Origin: an uncultured Selenomonas sp.
GTDB lineage: Bacteria; Bacillota; Negativicutes; Selenomonadales; Selenomonadaceae
Assembly (NCBI GenBank): GCA_902766095.1
Contig: CACXCN010000043.1
Span: 70 to 64,069 of the forward strand
DNA length: 64,000 bases
Direction: 5' to 3'
The stretch's first letter is position 1, and every line of letters starts with the position of its first letter. Shown piece by piece: positions 9,028 to 17,734 of this stretch. The notes beneath the pieces were generated by a model. It had not been told where the DNA came from. It searched no databases and worked only from the letters and a program-made list of their open reading frames with translations. Both the position numbers and the translations under genes were made by a program.

Positions 9028-9350
9028 GCCTTCCCCTGAAGGGAAGGCTTCGTAACTTCATGCCTTCCCCTCAGGGGAGTGTGTTTTAGTACAAGCTGCC
9101 CCCTCTGGGGGAAGTGCCGAGCGTAGCGAGGCGATAGGGGTGGCGAGGCGTTATGTAGCGTTCAGCAACACATTGATAGCTCGGCTACCCGAGTTATTTG
9201 TCAGTGGGCCGTTTACGCCTTTGCACTCGAGTCTGTCCAGTGACTCGCCACCCCCACCACCGCTAGCGCGGTCCTCCTCCCCCAAAGGGGGATGCTTCGC
9301 TCATCACGACATCCCATCTGCCGCTAACGCGGTCTTCCTGAGAGGCAGCC
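9028..9350 (+). repeat. Intergenic ~300-bp composite palindromic element, copy B
   Basis: Starts with GCCTTCCCCTGAAGGGAAGGC. Shares the GGGGGAAGTGCCGAGCGTAGCGAGGCGATAGGGGTGGCGAGGCG and CTCGCCACCCCCACCACCGCTAGCGCGGTCCTCCTCCCCCAAAGGGGGATGCTTC blocks with copies A and C. Confidence 0.85.
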
Positions 9351-9355
9351 TTCTA

Positions 9356-9721
9356 TCACGCTTTCGCTTCGCGGGTTACCTCGACCTCTATGTAGTCGAT
9401 TGGTCCGGATATCGGCACGGACGGCTTGCGCACGACCGTCGTCACGCGGGCGAAATGCGGATAACGTGCCAGCAGCTTGTCGCCGATATGCGCGGCCAGC
9501 GAGGCCAGCATCTGGAAGCGCTTGTTCTCCGTGACATCCTTCACGAGATCATAGACAGCTGCCGTATCGACGCCATCCTTTATATCGTCGGTCTCAGCTA
9601 CACGGTCGTTCTTCGTCTCGACCGTCACATCGATATAGAATTTCTGGCCCTGCTCGCGCTCATACTCGTAGACACCATGAAATCCATAAAACATCATATT
9701 GACTATACGTACCTTCGCCAT
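9356..9721 (-). CDS. folB: Dihydroneopterin aldolase FolB
   Basis: About 120 aa with FYGFHGVYEYEREQGQKFYIDV, typical of FolB. ATG at 9721 lies 7 nt after AAGGAG. Confidence 0.85.
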   Translation of the reverse strand: MAKVRIVNMMFYGFHGVYEYEREQGQKFYIDVTVETKNDRVAETDDIKDGVDTAAVYDLVKDVTENKRFQMLASLAAHIGDKLLARYPHFARVTTVVRKPSVPISGPIDYIEVEVTREAKA

Positions 9722-9941
9722 AAGCGTCACTCCTTCTCAATTTCTCAGGACTTGCCATGATCCCGATTACCTTACTTCTTTTCTAATTCGCGATTTGTGC
9801 CATATATCCTGCTTGTCCTGAGAAAAAGTATGACAAGCCGTACTAATCAGCAAAAAGTTCATCCCAGAATGCATATCCGAGCATGAGCACTATGATGAAT
9901 AAAAGAAATAGATCTCCCATTTCCATGTCCTCCAGCCTATG

Positions 9942-9967
9942 AAAAAAAGGGAGGGACAAGCCCTCCC
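9942..9967 (-). terminator. Rho-independent terminator of the NlpC/P60 gene
   Basis: On the minus strand: GGGAGGGCTTGTCCCTCCC followed by TTTTTTT, 20 nt after the stop codon. Confidence 0.8.
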
Positions 9968-9986
9968 AAGACGATCAACATCGTCA

Positions 9987-10652
9987 TCACATCACGCGAC
10001 GAGCGCCGATGTAGCGTGCGCCCCAGTAACCGCTGTGCAGCGAATCGATCGCCACGCCACGGCTTGAGGAAGCGTTGATGAACTGGCCGTCACCGAGATA
10101 GATGCCTACATGTGAAGCTCCTGCGGCATAAGTCTCGAAGAAGACGAGGTCGCCAGGTACAAGTTCCGCCTCGGACACTGGATAACCGCTCTCATACTGA
10201 GCGTCAGCAGTACGCGGCAGATAGATGCCGGCATTCGCAAACACATAGCGGACATAGCCGGAGCAATCAAAGCCACTCGGAGACGTGCCGCCGAACACGT
10301 ACGGCACACCTATGTACTGCATAGCCTCGGAGAGCACCGTACGCGACACGTAGTTGCTGCTGCGCGTCACCTGCGGCATCGTCTTGCCCAGGAGGGCTGA
10401 GTAGGTGGTCGGACCTACGAGACCATCAGCGTTGAGGCCATGTGCAGACTGGAAAGACTTCACTGCCTCAGCCGTAGCCGGTCCGAAATCGCCATCGGCG
10501 GTGACATCGTAACCGAGGCTGGCCAGCTGTGACTGGATCTCGGTCACGTCGGTCCCCTGATCTCCTACACGGAAAGCTGCGGCACCAGCGACGCTGGACC
10601 AGCATAAGAGGACCATGGAAAATAGAATGATGATACGTGTTGCTTTACTCAA
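9987..10652 (-). CDS. Secreted peptidoglycan endopeptidase (PG_binding_1 domain plus NlpC/P60 domain)
   Basis: Signal peptide. GDQGTDVTEIQSQLASLGY...FGPATAEAVKSFQ (PG-binding). FDCSGYVRYVF...ASHVGIYLGDG (NlpC/P60 Cys/His). TTG start with a GAGAGGAG RBS. Confidence 0.9.
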   Translation of the reverse strand: MSKATRIIILFSMVLLCWSSVAGAAAFRVGDQGTDVTEIQSQLASLGYDVTADGDFGPATAEAVKSFQSAHGLNADGLVGPTTYSALLGKTMPQVTRSSNYVSRTVLSEAMQYIGVPYVFGGTSPSGFDCSGYVRYVFANAGIYLPRTADAQYESGYPVSEAELVPGDLVFFETYAAGASHVGIYLGDGQFINASSSRGVAIDSLHSGYWGARYIGARRVM

Positions 10653-10669
10653 AAAGCCAACTCCTCTCT

Positions 10670-10806
10670 GTATTCGCCTACGAGGTTAGCTGCCGGGCTC
10701 GGGTAGAAAGGAAAGACCACCCTCATCAATTTCCAGCTGACGCTGAAACGCGATGTTCGCCCCAAAAACTTGGTTCCCCCGCTCCTGGGCTCGATTCGGC
10801 TTAATT
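10670..10806 (-). promoter_or_regulatory. c-di-AMP riboswitch (ydaO/yuaA class) in the NlpC/P60 leader
   Basis: The minus-strand RNA reads ...AAUCGAGCCCAGGAGCGGGGGAACCAAG..UUGGGGCGAACAUC...CUACCCGAGCCCGGCAGCUAACCUCGUAGGCG. This matches both pseudo-symmetric halves of the ydaO consensus (GAGCGGGGGACCCA / ACCCGAACCCGACAGCUAACCUCGUAAGCG). It ends directly at the RBS. Confidence 0.85.
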
Positions 10807-10963
10807 GAACCCATAATGTAATATATATTTACAACAGCCAAAGGCCGCTGTAGCCAACTGCTTCTACGCGGTGTCTTTACAGCTTTTCCAGTTTTTTTTC
10901 AGATTCACCCCAAACATGAAAACTGGCTGCCACGCCGGACAGCCAAGTATCTTCACAGTATTG

Positions 10964-11324
10964 ACATAAGAAAGCAATAAGCCGAGTTCTGTTCCGCCGT
11001 AGCGGCGACAATCATTTATCTAGGCACGACAGTTGCCTGTCGGCTCAAGCGACACTACCCGGAAGGATCCGCGGGCCGCATCATCCCTTCCCTATTCGGT
11101 CTTGCTCCGTGTGAGGTTTTCCTGAGCCAGCCAGTCACCTGGCTGCTGGTGCGCTCTTACCGCACCTTTCCACCCTTACCGGCCGGAGCCGGCGGTCTAA
11201 ATCTCTATAGCACTATCTCTGGGGTTACCCCCGCTGGACGTTATCCAGCACACTGCCCTATGGAGCCCGGACTTTCCTCATCTGCCTGATGGCAGCCGCG
11301 ATTGTCTCGATTTCTCATATCAAC
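10964..11324 (-). ncRNA. rnpB: RNase P RNA, bacterial type A
   Basis: The reverse complement contains GAGGAAAGTCCGGGCTCCATAGGGCAGTGTGCTGGATAACGTCCAGCGGGGGTAACCCC, GGTAAGGGTGGAAAGGTGCGGTAAGAGCGCACC, and ...CCTAGATAAATGATTGTCGCC...ACAGAACTCGGCTTAT. P1 pairing is AUGAGAAA/UUUCUUAU. Ends are accurate to +/- 5 nt. Confidence 0.9.
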
Positions 11325-11331
11325 GTAAAGA

Positions 11332-11361
11332 ATTATAGCATATTTAGTACATGTATGTCAA
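11332..11361 (-). promoter_or_regulatory. Sigma-A-type promoter of rnpB
   Basis: TTGACA, 18-nt spacer, then TGcTATAAT (extended -10), placing the TSS about 7-8 nt before the P1 helix. Confidence 0.6.
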
Positions 11362-11643
11362 ACCAGGTACCAAATATTGGATTATTCGCTATCGATTCAG
11401 TTATGACGCGGGTTCCCGGCGGATTGATGTGGCTTTTTCCAGCTTAATTCCAGATAAAATTAACGAAAAAATTTATCCATCTGCAAAATTTTAGGCTTGA
11501 TATGGCGTATTTATTTCTGTTTTACTCGTAAAAGGAGACATCTGGCCTTTTCGCGAAATGGGTTTTCCCTTATAATATGCATATACTTGATTGTTAGAAC
11601 CATTTGAATGGGTTGTCAACAGAAAAGAAAGAGGGATTTATTC

Positions 11644-12351
11644 ATGAGTACACCGCATATCGCTGCCGAAAAGGGAGAAATCGCTGAGAGCATCCTGCTG
11701 CCGGGCGACCCGCTGCGCGCCAAGTTCATCGCTGAGAACTTCCTCGAGAGCCCGAAGCTCTACACGGACGTCCGCGGCATCCTCGGCTACACGGGTAAAT
11801 ACAAGGGCGTTCCGGTCTCGGTACAGGGCACCGGCATGGGCATCCCGTCCATCTCCATCTACACGCATGAGCTCATCAAGGAGTACGGCGTCAAGAAGCT
11901 GTTCCGCGTCGGCACCTGCGGCGGCATGCATCCGGATGTTCATCTACGCGATGTGCTCATCGCCCAGGCAGCCACGACGGATTCCGGCATCATCCGCAGC
12001 ATATTCGGACCGTCCATCAATTTCGCTCCGATCGCGGACTACGAGCTCCTCTCGCACGCAGTGGAGAACACGAAGAAGCTCGGCCTGCGCGCGACCGTCG
12101 GCAACATCATCTCGGTCGACCGCTTCTACGACGATGAGATCGACAACGACAAGCTCCGCAAATACGGCATCCTGGCCGTCGAGATGGAGGCTGCTGCCCT
12201 CTACACCATCGCTGCCGAGTTCCACGTCCAGGCCCTCGCCCTGTTCACCGTCAGCGACCATCTGCTGACCGGCGAAGCCTGCACGGCTCAGGAGCGCCAG
12301 ACGACGTTCAACGACATGATCAAGATCGCCCTCGAGACGGCCATCGAGTAA
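11644..12351 (+). CDS. deoD: Purine nucleoside phosphorylase, DeoD type
   Basis: [32 protein letters not shown]...[12 protein letters not shown]...[12 protein letters not shown] at 11644. Confidence 0.9.
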   Translation: MSTPHIAAEKGEIAESILLPGDPLRAKFIAENFLESPKLYTDVRGILGYTGKYKGVPVSVQGTGMGIPSISIYTHELIKEYGVKKLFRVGTCGGMHPDVHLRDVLIAQAATTDSGIIRSIFGPSINFAPIADYELLSHAVENTKKLGLRATVGNIISVDRFYDDEIDNDKLRKYGILAVEMEAAALYTIAAEFHVQALALFTVSDHLLTGEACTAQERQTTFNDMIKIALETAIE

Positions 12352-12376
12352 TAAGAAGAACAAGCCTGAATACGAA

Positions 12377-12421
12377 GGGGCTGGGAAAATTGCTTTTCGG
12401 CAATTTTCCCAGCCCCTTTTT
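12377..12421. terminator. Terminator shared by the convergent deoD and FAD-protein genes
   Basis: GGGGCTGGGAAAATTGC-TTTTCG-GCAATTTTCCCAGCCCC followed by TTTTT. Confidence 0.85.
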
Positions 12422-12438
12422 CGTACCATGATTCCGTC

Positions 12439-13824
12439 TTACTTGCTCATGCGCTTCAATATGACGCGGGCCACGTGGATACCGCTGGCACCGGCCTGCG
12501 AGAGGCCGCGCGTGACGCCGGCGCCGTCGCCGATGGCGAATATGTTCTGCGCCTCCGTCTCGAGGTCGTGCGTGAGCTTGACGCGCGAGCTGTAGAATTT
12601 CACCTCGACGCCGTAGAGCAGCGTGTCCTCGTTCGTCATGCCGGGGGCGATGTGATCGAGGGCCTGGATCATCTCAATGATGTTATCGAGGTGGCGCTTC
12701 GGCAATACGAGCGAGAGGTCGCCCGGCGTCGCGGCCAGCGTCGGATGGGTGAAGCTCTTGTTCATGCGGTGCTGGTTCGTGCGGCGGCCCTTGATGAGAT
12801 CGCCATAGCGCTGCACGATGATGCCGCCGCCGAGCATGTTCGAGAACGAGGCGATGCGCTTGCCGTACTGATGCGGCGCCTTGAACGGCTCCGTGAAATG
12901 GTTCGACACGAGCAGCGCGAAGTTCGTGTTGTGGCTCTGCAGGGCCGGATCGCTGTACGAGTGGCCGTTGACCGTCACGATGCCGTCCGTGTTCTCCATG
13001 ACGACATGACCGTGCGGGTTCATGCAGAATGTGCGCACGAAATCGCCATAGCGCTTCGTGCGGTAGAGCAACTTCGCCTCGTAAACCTTGCTCGTGATGT
13101 CATCCCAGACCTCGTCCGGGACCTCGACGCGGACGCCGACGTCGACGCGGTTGTTCTCCTGCTCGAGGCCGAGGCGGTCGCACTCATCCGAGAACCACTC
13201 CGCACCGGCCCGCCCGGGGGCTACGATGAGGTAGTCAGCCTCGATCGTATCGCCGTTCTCGAGCTCGAGGCTGTTGCCGCCATGTCCGTCGGTGACGATA
13301 TGGGACACCGGCGTCACGAAGCGGAACTCGACCTTGCCCTTCAGGTGCTCATACGTCTTCTTCAGCATCTCGAGGTTGTTCTCCGTGCCCAGATGACGCA
13401 CACTGGCCGTCAGCAGATGCAGGTCATGGCGCAGCGCATGCTTCTCGAGGTCGGTGTTCTCGCTCGAGTAGACTTTCGACGGCGCCCCATGCTTCAGGTT
13501 CAGCTTGTCGACATAGCGGATGAGGTCCATGACCTCGCCATCCGGCAGATATTCGTTGAGCCAGCCGCCGAATTTCGTCGTGAAGTTGTATTTGCCATCG
13601 GAGAACGCCCCGGCTCCGCCGAAGCCGCGCATGATGCTGCAGGGCTTGCAGCCGATGCAACTCTTGACCTTGCCGGCCGATATGGGGCAGACGCGATGAT
13701 ATATATCATTGCCGCTGTCGAGCAGCACGATCTTCAAATCAGGAGCTTTTTCCGATAGCTCATAAGCGGCGCAATATCCGGCCGGTCCCCCACCGACGAT
13801 GGCCACATCATATTTGTTGCTCAT
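12439..13824 (-). CDS. FAD-dependent oxidoreductase of unknown substrate (COG2509-like)
   Basis: YDVAIVGGGPAGYCAAYEL dinucleotide fold, then the ...CIGCKPCSIMRGFGGAGAFSDGK motif typical of this family. ATG at 13824 after AGGAGGAG. Confidence 0.8.
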   Translation of the reverse strand: MSNKYDVAIVGGGPAGYCAAYELSEKAPDLKIVLLDSGNDIYHRVCPISAGKVKSCIGCKPCSIMRGFGGAGAFSDGKYNFTTKFGGWLNEYLPDGEVMDLIRYVDKLNLKHGAPSKVYSSENTDLEKHALRHDLHLLTASVRHLGTENNLEMLKKTYEHLKGKVEFRFVTPVSHIVTDGHGGNSLELENGDTIEADYLIVAPGRAGAEWFSDECDRLGLEQENNRVDVGVRVEVPDEVWDDITSKVYEAKLLYRTKRYGDFVRTFCMNPHGHVVMENTDGIVTVNGHSYSDPALQSHNTNFALLVSNHFTEPFKAPHQYGKRIASFSNMLGGGIIVQRYGDLIKGRRTNQHRMNKSFTHPTLAATPGDLSLVLPKRHLDNIIEMIQALDHIAPGMTNEDTLLYGVEVKFYSSRVKLTHDLETEAQNIFAIGDGAGVTRGLSQAGASGIHVARVILKRMSK

Positions 13825-13852
13825 ATGTATTCTCCTCCTAACCTTGCACAGC

Positions 13853-13888
13853 AAAAAACACGCGGGGAATATCCCCCTGCGTGTTTTT
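13853..13888. terminator. Hairpin terminator downstream of the NhaC-family gene
   Basis: AAAAACACGCGGGG-AATAT-CCCC(CT)GCGTGTTTTT. Confidence 0.75.
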
Positions 13889-13983
13889 ACACTATCCATT
13901 ATATCGCATAGCTCCGGCCGGTGCAAGCAAATATTGCCGGCACCAGGTCCAAAGCATCATGTTCTGGGATGACTGCCTCCGGC

Positions 13984-15492
13984 TCAGCGGTCGAGCGATG
14001 GCACCTTGGCACAGATGAAGGCCATGACGATGCCGAGGCAGACGAGGCCGGCGGCGAGGCCGAGATAGCCATTCGCGGTGATGCCATCGACGATGTAGCC
14101 AACGAGGCTGCAGCATACGACGGTCAGCACATACGGCAGCTGCGTCGAGACATGATCGATATGGTGGCACTGCGCGCCAGCCGAGGCGAGGATCGTCGTA
14201 TCCGATATCGGCGAGGCATGGTCGCCGCTGACAGCGCCCGAGAGGATGGCTGCTACCGAGATGATGAGCATGTTGCTCTGCTCCGGCGGCAGCACGGCGA
14301 CAGCGATCGGTATGAGGATGCCGAACGTGCCCCAGCTCGTGCCCGTCGCAAAGGCGAGGCCCATGGCCACGAGGAAGAAGATTGGCGGCAGGAACATGAT
14401 GATGGAAGCATTCGCCGAGACGATGCCGCCGACGAAGCCGCCGAGGTTCAGATATTTATCGCTGCAGATGCCGGAAAGCGTCCAGGCCAGGCACAGGATG
14501 AATATGGCCGGCGTCATGGCCTTGAAGCCCCAGCCGAAGCTGTCGCAGAACGCATCGAACGTGATGACGCGACGCGGCAGATAGAGGAGGCCGGTGAAGA
14601 CGAAGGCGATGAAGGAGCCGAGCACGAGCGACGACGACGAGTCGCAGTCCGCAAAGGCCTTCGCAATCGTCTTGCCCTCGTCGCCGAACAGGCCGCCCGT
14701 GTAGAGCATGCCGTAGACGCAGGCGATGATGAGAACGATGAGCGGCAGGAGGAGGTCGACGAGCTTGCCGTTGCCCTCGGAGAGCTTCTCTGCATGCTCG
14801 TCCTGATATTCCTTCGGTATCACGAAATGCTCATTGCTGGCCTTCACGCTGCGGCCCATGGCGCCGTAGTCGCGGCCGGTCCAGATGATGAATACCATGA
14901 ATATGAGCGTGAGTATGGCATAAAGGTTGATGGGGATGGTCTGCAGGAACAGCGAGAACCCATCAATCGTGCTGTCCTCCGGCAGCGAGGAGCCGACAGC
15001 GGCGGCCCAGCTCGAGACCGGGGCGATGATGCAGACCGGAGCGGCCGTGGCATCGATGATGTAGGCCAGCTTCGTGCGCGCGATCTTGAACTTATCGGTG
15101 ACGGGGCGCATGACGGTGCCGACGGTCAGGCAGTTGAAATAGTCATCGATGAAGATGACGATGCCGAGCATGGCCGTGACGAGCGATGCACTGCGCTTGC
15201 CCTTTATGATTTTCGCGGCCCACTCGCCATAGGCACGCGTCGCGCCGCTGCGCGTGATGGCAGCGACGAGGATGCCGAGGATGACGAGGAACACGAGGAT
15301 GTTTACATTGCTGCCGACTTTGTCGCTCATGACTTTGAACATGGTCATGATGGCCTCGATCGGATTGCCGCCCGCAAGCAGCAGGGCGCCGGAGAATATG
15401 CCGATAATCAGCGACATATATACTTCTTTCGTCCAGAGTGCCAGCACTATGGTGATGATCGGTGGCAGGATGGACCAGGCTGTTTGTGCCAT
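13984..15492 (-). CDS. NhaC-family Na+/H+ antiporter or metabolite transporter
   Basis: 502 aa, polytopic membrane protein. N-terminus WSILPPIITIVLALWTKEV and overall pattern are typical of NhaC-family proteins. Confidence 0.8.
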   Translation of the reverse strand: MAQTAWSILPPIITIVLALWTKEVYMSLIIGIFSGALLLAGGNPIEAIMTMFKVMSDKVGSNVNILVFLVILGILVAAITRSGATRAYGEWAAKIIKGKRSASLVTAMLGIVIFIDDYFNCLTVGTVMRPVTDKFKIARTKLAYIIDATAAPVCIIAPVSSWAAAVGSSLPEDSTIDGFSLFLQTIPINLYAILTLIFMVFIIWTGRDYGAMGRSVKASNEHFVIPKEYQDEHAEKLSEGNGKLVDLLLPLIVLIIACVYGMLYTGGLFGDEGKTIAKAFADCDSSSSLVLGSFIAFVFTGLLYLPRRVITFDAFCDSFGWGFKAMTPAIFILCLAWTLSGICSDKYLNLGGFVGGIVSANASIIMFLPPIFFLVAMGLAFATGTSWGTFGILIPIAVAVLPPEQSNMLIISVAAILSGAVSGDHASPISDTTILASAGAQCHHIDHVSTQLPYVLTVVCCSLVGYIVDGITANGYLGLAAGLVCLGIVMAFICAKVPSLDR

Positions 15493-15585
15493 TTTGATTC
15501 CTACTTTCTCTATACTATTCAGTCATAACTCATGACGACTCATATATTCTATAACAAAATCAATATAGTATCAATAGTAAATTGC

Positions 15586-16425
15586 TCAGGATGTAAGACC
15601 ACCGTCAACGCTCCAGACGGCCCCGGTCACGAACGAGGCCTGCGGCGAGGCCAGGAAGAGTATGACGGCTGCCGCCTCGTCGGGCGTGCCGATACGTCCG
15701 AGCGGATAGACGGAGCTCATCTCGCGCAGCATGTCCTCACGGGAGACGCTGCCGCTATGGAGCTGCTTCTCCGTCAACGGCGTCAGGATGTCCCCCGGCG
15801 CTATGGCGTTGACGCGCACACCGGCCGCTGCGAGCTCGAGCGCCAGCGAGCGCGTGAACATGACGACCGCGCCCTTGCTCGCCGAGTAGGCTGTGCAGAA
15901 ATAGTTGCCGTGCACGCCCGCGTCCGAGGCGACATTGACGATGACCCCATGCGCCTGCTTCAGCGCCGCCAGCGCGGCCTGTGTGAGCCAGAACGTGCCC
16001 TTGACATTCGTAGCGAGGATGCTGTCGAGCTCCGCCTCGGTCAGATCCTCGAGCGCTCCCTCCTGATAGATACCGGCGGAATTCACGAGAATGTCTATGT
16101 GGCCATAGGCCGCGAGCGTCGCCTCGACGGCCGCGGCGCAGTCCTCCCGGTGACTGACGTCACCAGCCACGAACCTCACCGCTCCCCCGCTGGCTGCAGC
16201 GGCAGACGGGCCGCCCGATGGCGCCGTCACCTCATCGACGATCGCGCTGCACACGCGGCAGTCCTGGCCACGCAATGCGGCCAGAGCCGTCTCGCCACGG
16301 GCGGCTGAGCGCCCCAGGAGCATGACCTGGGCACCAGCCGCCAGGAACTGAGCCGCCGCTGCCAGCCCGATGCCCGAGGTGCCACCGGATATGAGGACGA
16401 CTTTACCTTTGAAATCCAACTGCAT
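15586..16425 (-). CDS. Short-chain dehydrogenase/reductase (SDR) family oxidoreductase
   Basis: ISGGTSGIGLA (TGxxxGxG), NSAG, catalytic YSASK. Substrate unknown. Confidence 0.85.
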   Translation of the reverse strand: MQLDFKGKVVLISGGTSGIGLAAAAQFLAAGAQVMLLGRSAARGETALAALRGQDCRVCSAIVDEVTAPSGGPSAAAASGGAVRFVAGDVSHREDCAAAVEATLAAYGHIDILVNSAGIYQEGALEDLTEAELDSILATNVKGTFWLTQAALAALKQAHGVIVNVASDAGVHGNYFCTAYSASKGAVVMFTRSLALELAAAGVRVNAIAPGDILTPLTEKQLHSGSVSREDMLREMSSVYPLGRIGTPDEAAAVILFLASPQASFVTGAVWSVDGGLTS

Positions 16426-16527
16426 GAAAATTGCCTCTCTTCTGCGGCCAGCCTACCTGGCCGCCTGTGACGCCGAAGCCGCTCGCACGGATATCTGCCG
16501 GCTGGTCCCTGCGTCACCATGAAACGT

Positions 16528-16558
16528 AAAAAGGCCGGACTCCCCGCGGAATCCGGTC
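16528..16558 (-). terminator. Terminator of hup
   Basis: Minus strand: GACCGGA...TCCGGCC stem followed by TTTTT, about 25 nt after the stop. Confidence 0.6.
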
Positions 16559-16581
16559 TTTCGTCTATGAAAGAATTCTTA

Positions 16582-16857
16582 TCAGTTGTTGACAGCGTCT
16601 TTCAGAGCCTTGCCTGCCTTGAAAACAGGGTTCTTCGAAGCGGCAATCTCGATCTCCGCACCAGTCTGAGGATTGCGGCCTTTGCGAGCAGCGCGCTCCT
16701 TGACCTCGAACGTACCGAAGCCGATGGCCTGTACCTTGTCTCCCTCGACGAGGGCCTGCTCTATTACCTTGAACAGTGCATTCGTGGCCTTCTCTGCATC
16801 TTTCTTCGTCAGGCCGGACTCTTCAGCGACTTTAGCTACCAAATCAGTTTTGTTCAC
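16582..16857 (-). CDS. hup: Nucleoid protein HU
   Basis: [12 protein letters not shown]...[26 protein letters not shown], 91 aa. Confidence 0.95.
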   Translation of the reverse strand: MNKTDLVAKVAEESGLTKKDAEKATNALFKVIEQALVEGDKVQAIGFGTFEVKERAARKGRNPQTGAEIEIAASKNPVFKAGKALKDAVNN

Positions 16858-16933
16858 AATCGTAGCCTCCTTAAATTTTTGTTTCTAACATCGTGGGCCG
16901 CCTTCCCCGCGCCCCGCAATGTCCGCTTATCAA

Positions 16934-16962
16934 AATTTAGCATGAAACCCTAGAAAAATCAA
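16934..16962 (-). promoter_or_regulatory. Candidate sigma-A promoter of hup
   Basis: TTGATT, 17-nt spacer, TAAATT, about 75 nt upstream of the start codon. Confidence 0.4.
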
Positions 16963-16986
16963 GGCTTTTTAGCAAAAAAGCTGATT

Positions 16987-17709
16987 TTAAGAGCTTTTTT
17001 TCTGCATTCCGTCGGAAAAGTCTACAAAAAGACTGGTCAGATGGTCGATATCCGGCTGCCGGTCAAGCTCGTAGAGCGGAATCTGGCGGATGGATTCGTC
17101 ATCCATGCCCAGGTTGTGGATGTAGGTCACCGGTGCCTCATCGTCGAGCAGATCCATGAGGGCGAGCTTCGTATCCGAGGCAATGGGCTGGTTGTAGACC
17201 TGGGTGATGACGAGCGACTGCCGGGGACGCGTATCAGGAGCCAGCCCGGCTACATAGTCCGCGACATCGCCCGCATCGAGTATGGTCAGCCCGTCGATCG
17301 GGTCGATGCCGAGCGCCGTGTACAGGACCTCGACAAAGCTCATGCCCGGCAGTATCGTGAGCTCTACATCGCTATTCTCAGGGCGCGCTGCGAGCTCGCG
17401 CAGCAGCACGACCGTGCGCTCTGCGACGAGCGGGCTGCCCGGCACCGCATAGACGATGTTGCCAAGCTCGCGGGCACGCTGCAGGAGCTCTCGGGCGATC
17501 GCGGCATAGAGGTCGTCGAAGTCCTCCGCCCGCTCATAGTATTCATCAAACGTCGTAAATTGCAGCCCGGCCTGCTCGAGCGCTGCCACCGTCGGATGGA
17601 TGCGCGTGCGTAGCACGAGATGCTCCGCCTGCTCCATGAGTGCCCAGCTCTCGCGTGTGATGAGGCCGGACCGCCCGGGTCCCAGGCCGACTACTGTTAT
17701 CCTCACCAT
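16987..17709 (-). CDS. Tetrapyrrole-methylase-fold protein (like the YabN N-terminal domain; no MazG domain)
   Basis: ITVVGLGPGRSGLITRESWALMEQAEHLVLRT...VYAVPGSPLVAE. Lies downstream of mfd, as yabN does in Bacillus. Confidence 0.7.
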   Translation of the reverse strand: MVRITVVGLGPGRSGLITRESWALMEQAEHLVLRTRIHPTVAALEQAGLQFTTFDEYYERAEDFDDLYAAIARELLQRARELGNIVYAVPGSPLVAERTVVLLRELAARPENSDVELTILPGMSFVEVLYTALGIDPIDGLTILDAGDVADYVAGLAPDTRPRQSLVITQVYNQPIASDTKLALMDLLDDEAPVTYIHNLGMDDESIRQIPLYELDRQPDIDHLTSLFVDFSDGMQKKSS

Positions 17710-17734
17710 ATGATTCCTCCTGTATCATTGCCGC

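Noticed and set aside
9140-9760. 206-aa plus-strand ORF
   Set aside because: It starts inside repeat copy B and runs antisense through folB. No motifs are present.
10807-10963. Possible extra ncRNA or terminator between rnpB and the riboswitch (CCAGTTTT…AAAACTGG pairing)
   Set aside because: The stem is only 8 bp and AT-rich with a 23-nt loop. It is more likely promoter-spacer DNA.
13921-15528. 535-aa plus-strand ORF antisense to the NhaC-family gene. Similar shadows occur at 12475-13758, 18485-20914, 22014-23672, 24129-25871, 33385-34899, 36595-38376, 44180-45763, 46142-47758, 47436-48674, 52405-53826, 54283-55590, 57263-58210, 58344-59549 and elsewhere.
   Set aside because: Same reasoning: extreme Arg/Asp/Glu/His composition, no recognisable domains, and each is fully nested opposite a confidently identified gene.
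16170-16260. Ala/Gly/Ser-rich ~20-aa insertion in the SDR (…VTAPSGGPSAAAASGGAV…)
   Set aside because: This is a short low-complexity loop in a variable SDR region. It is not clearly meaningful.
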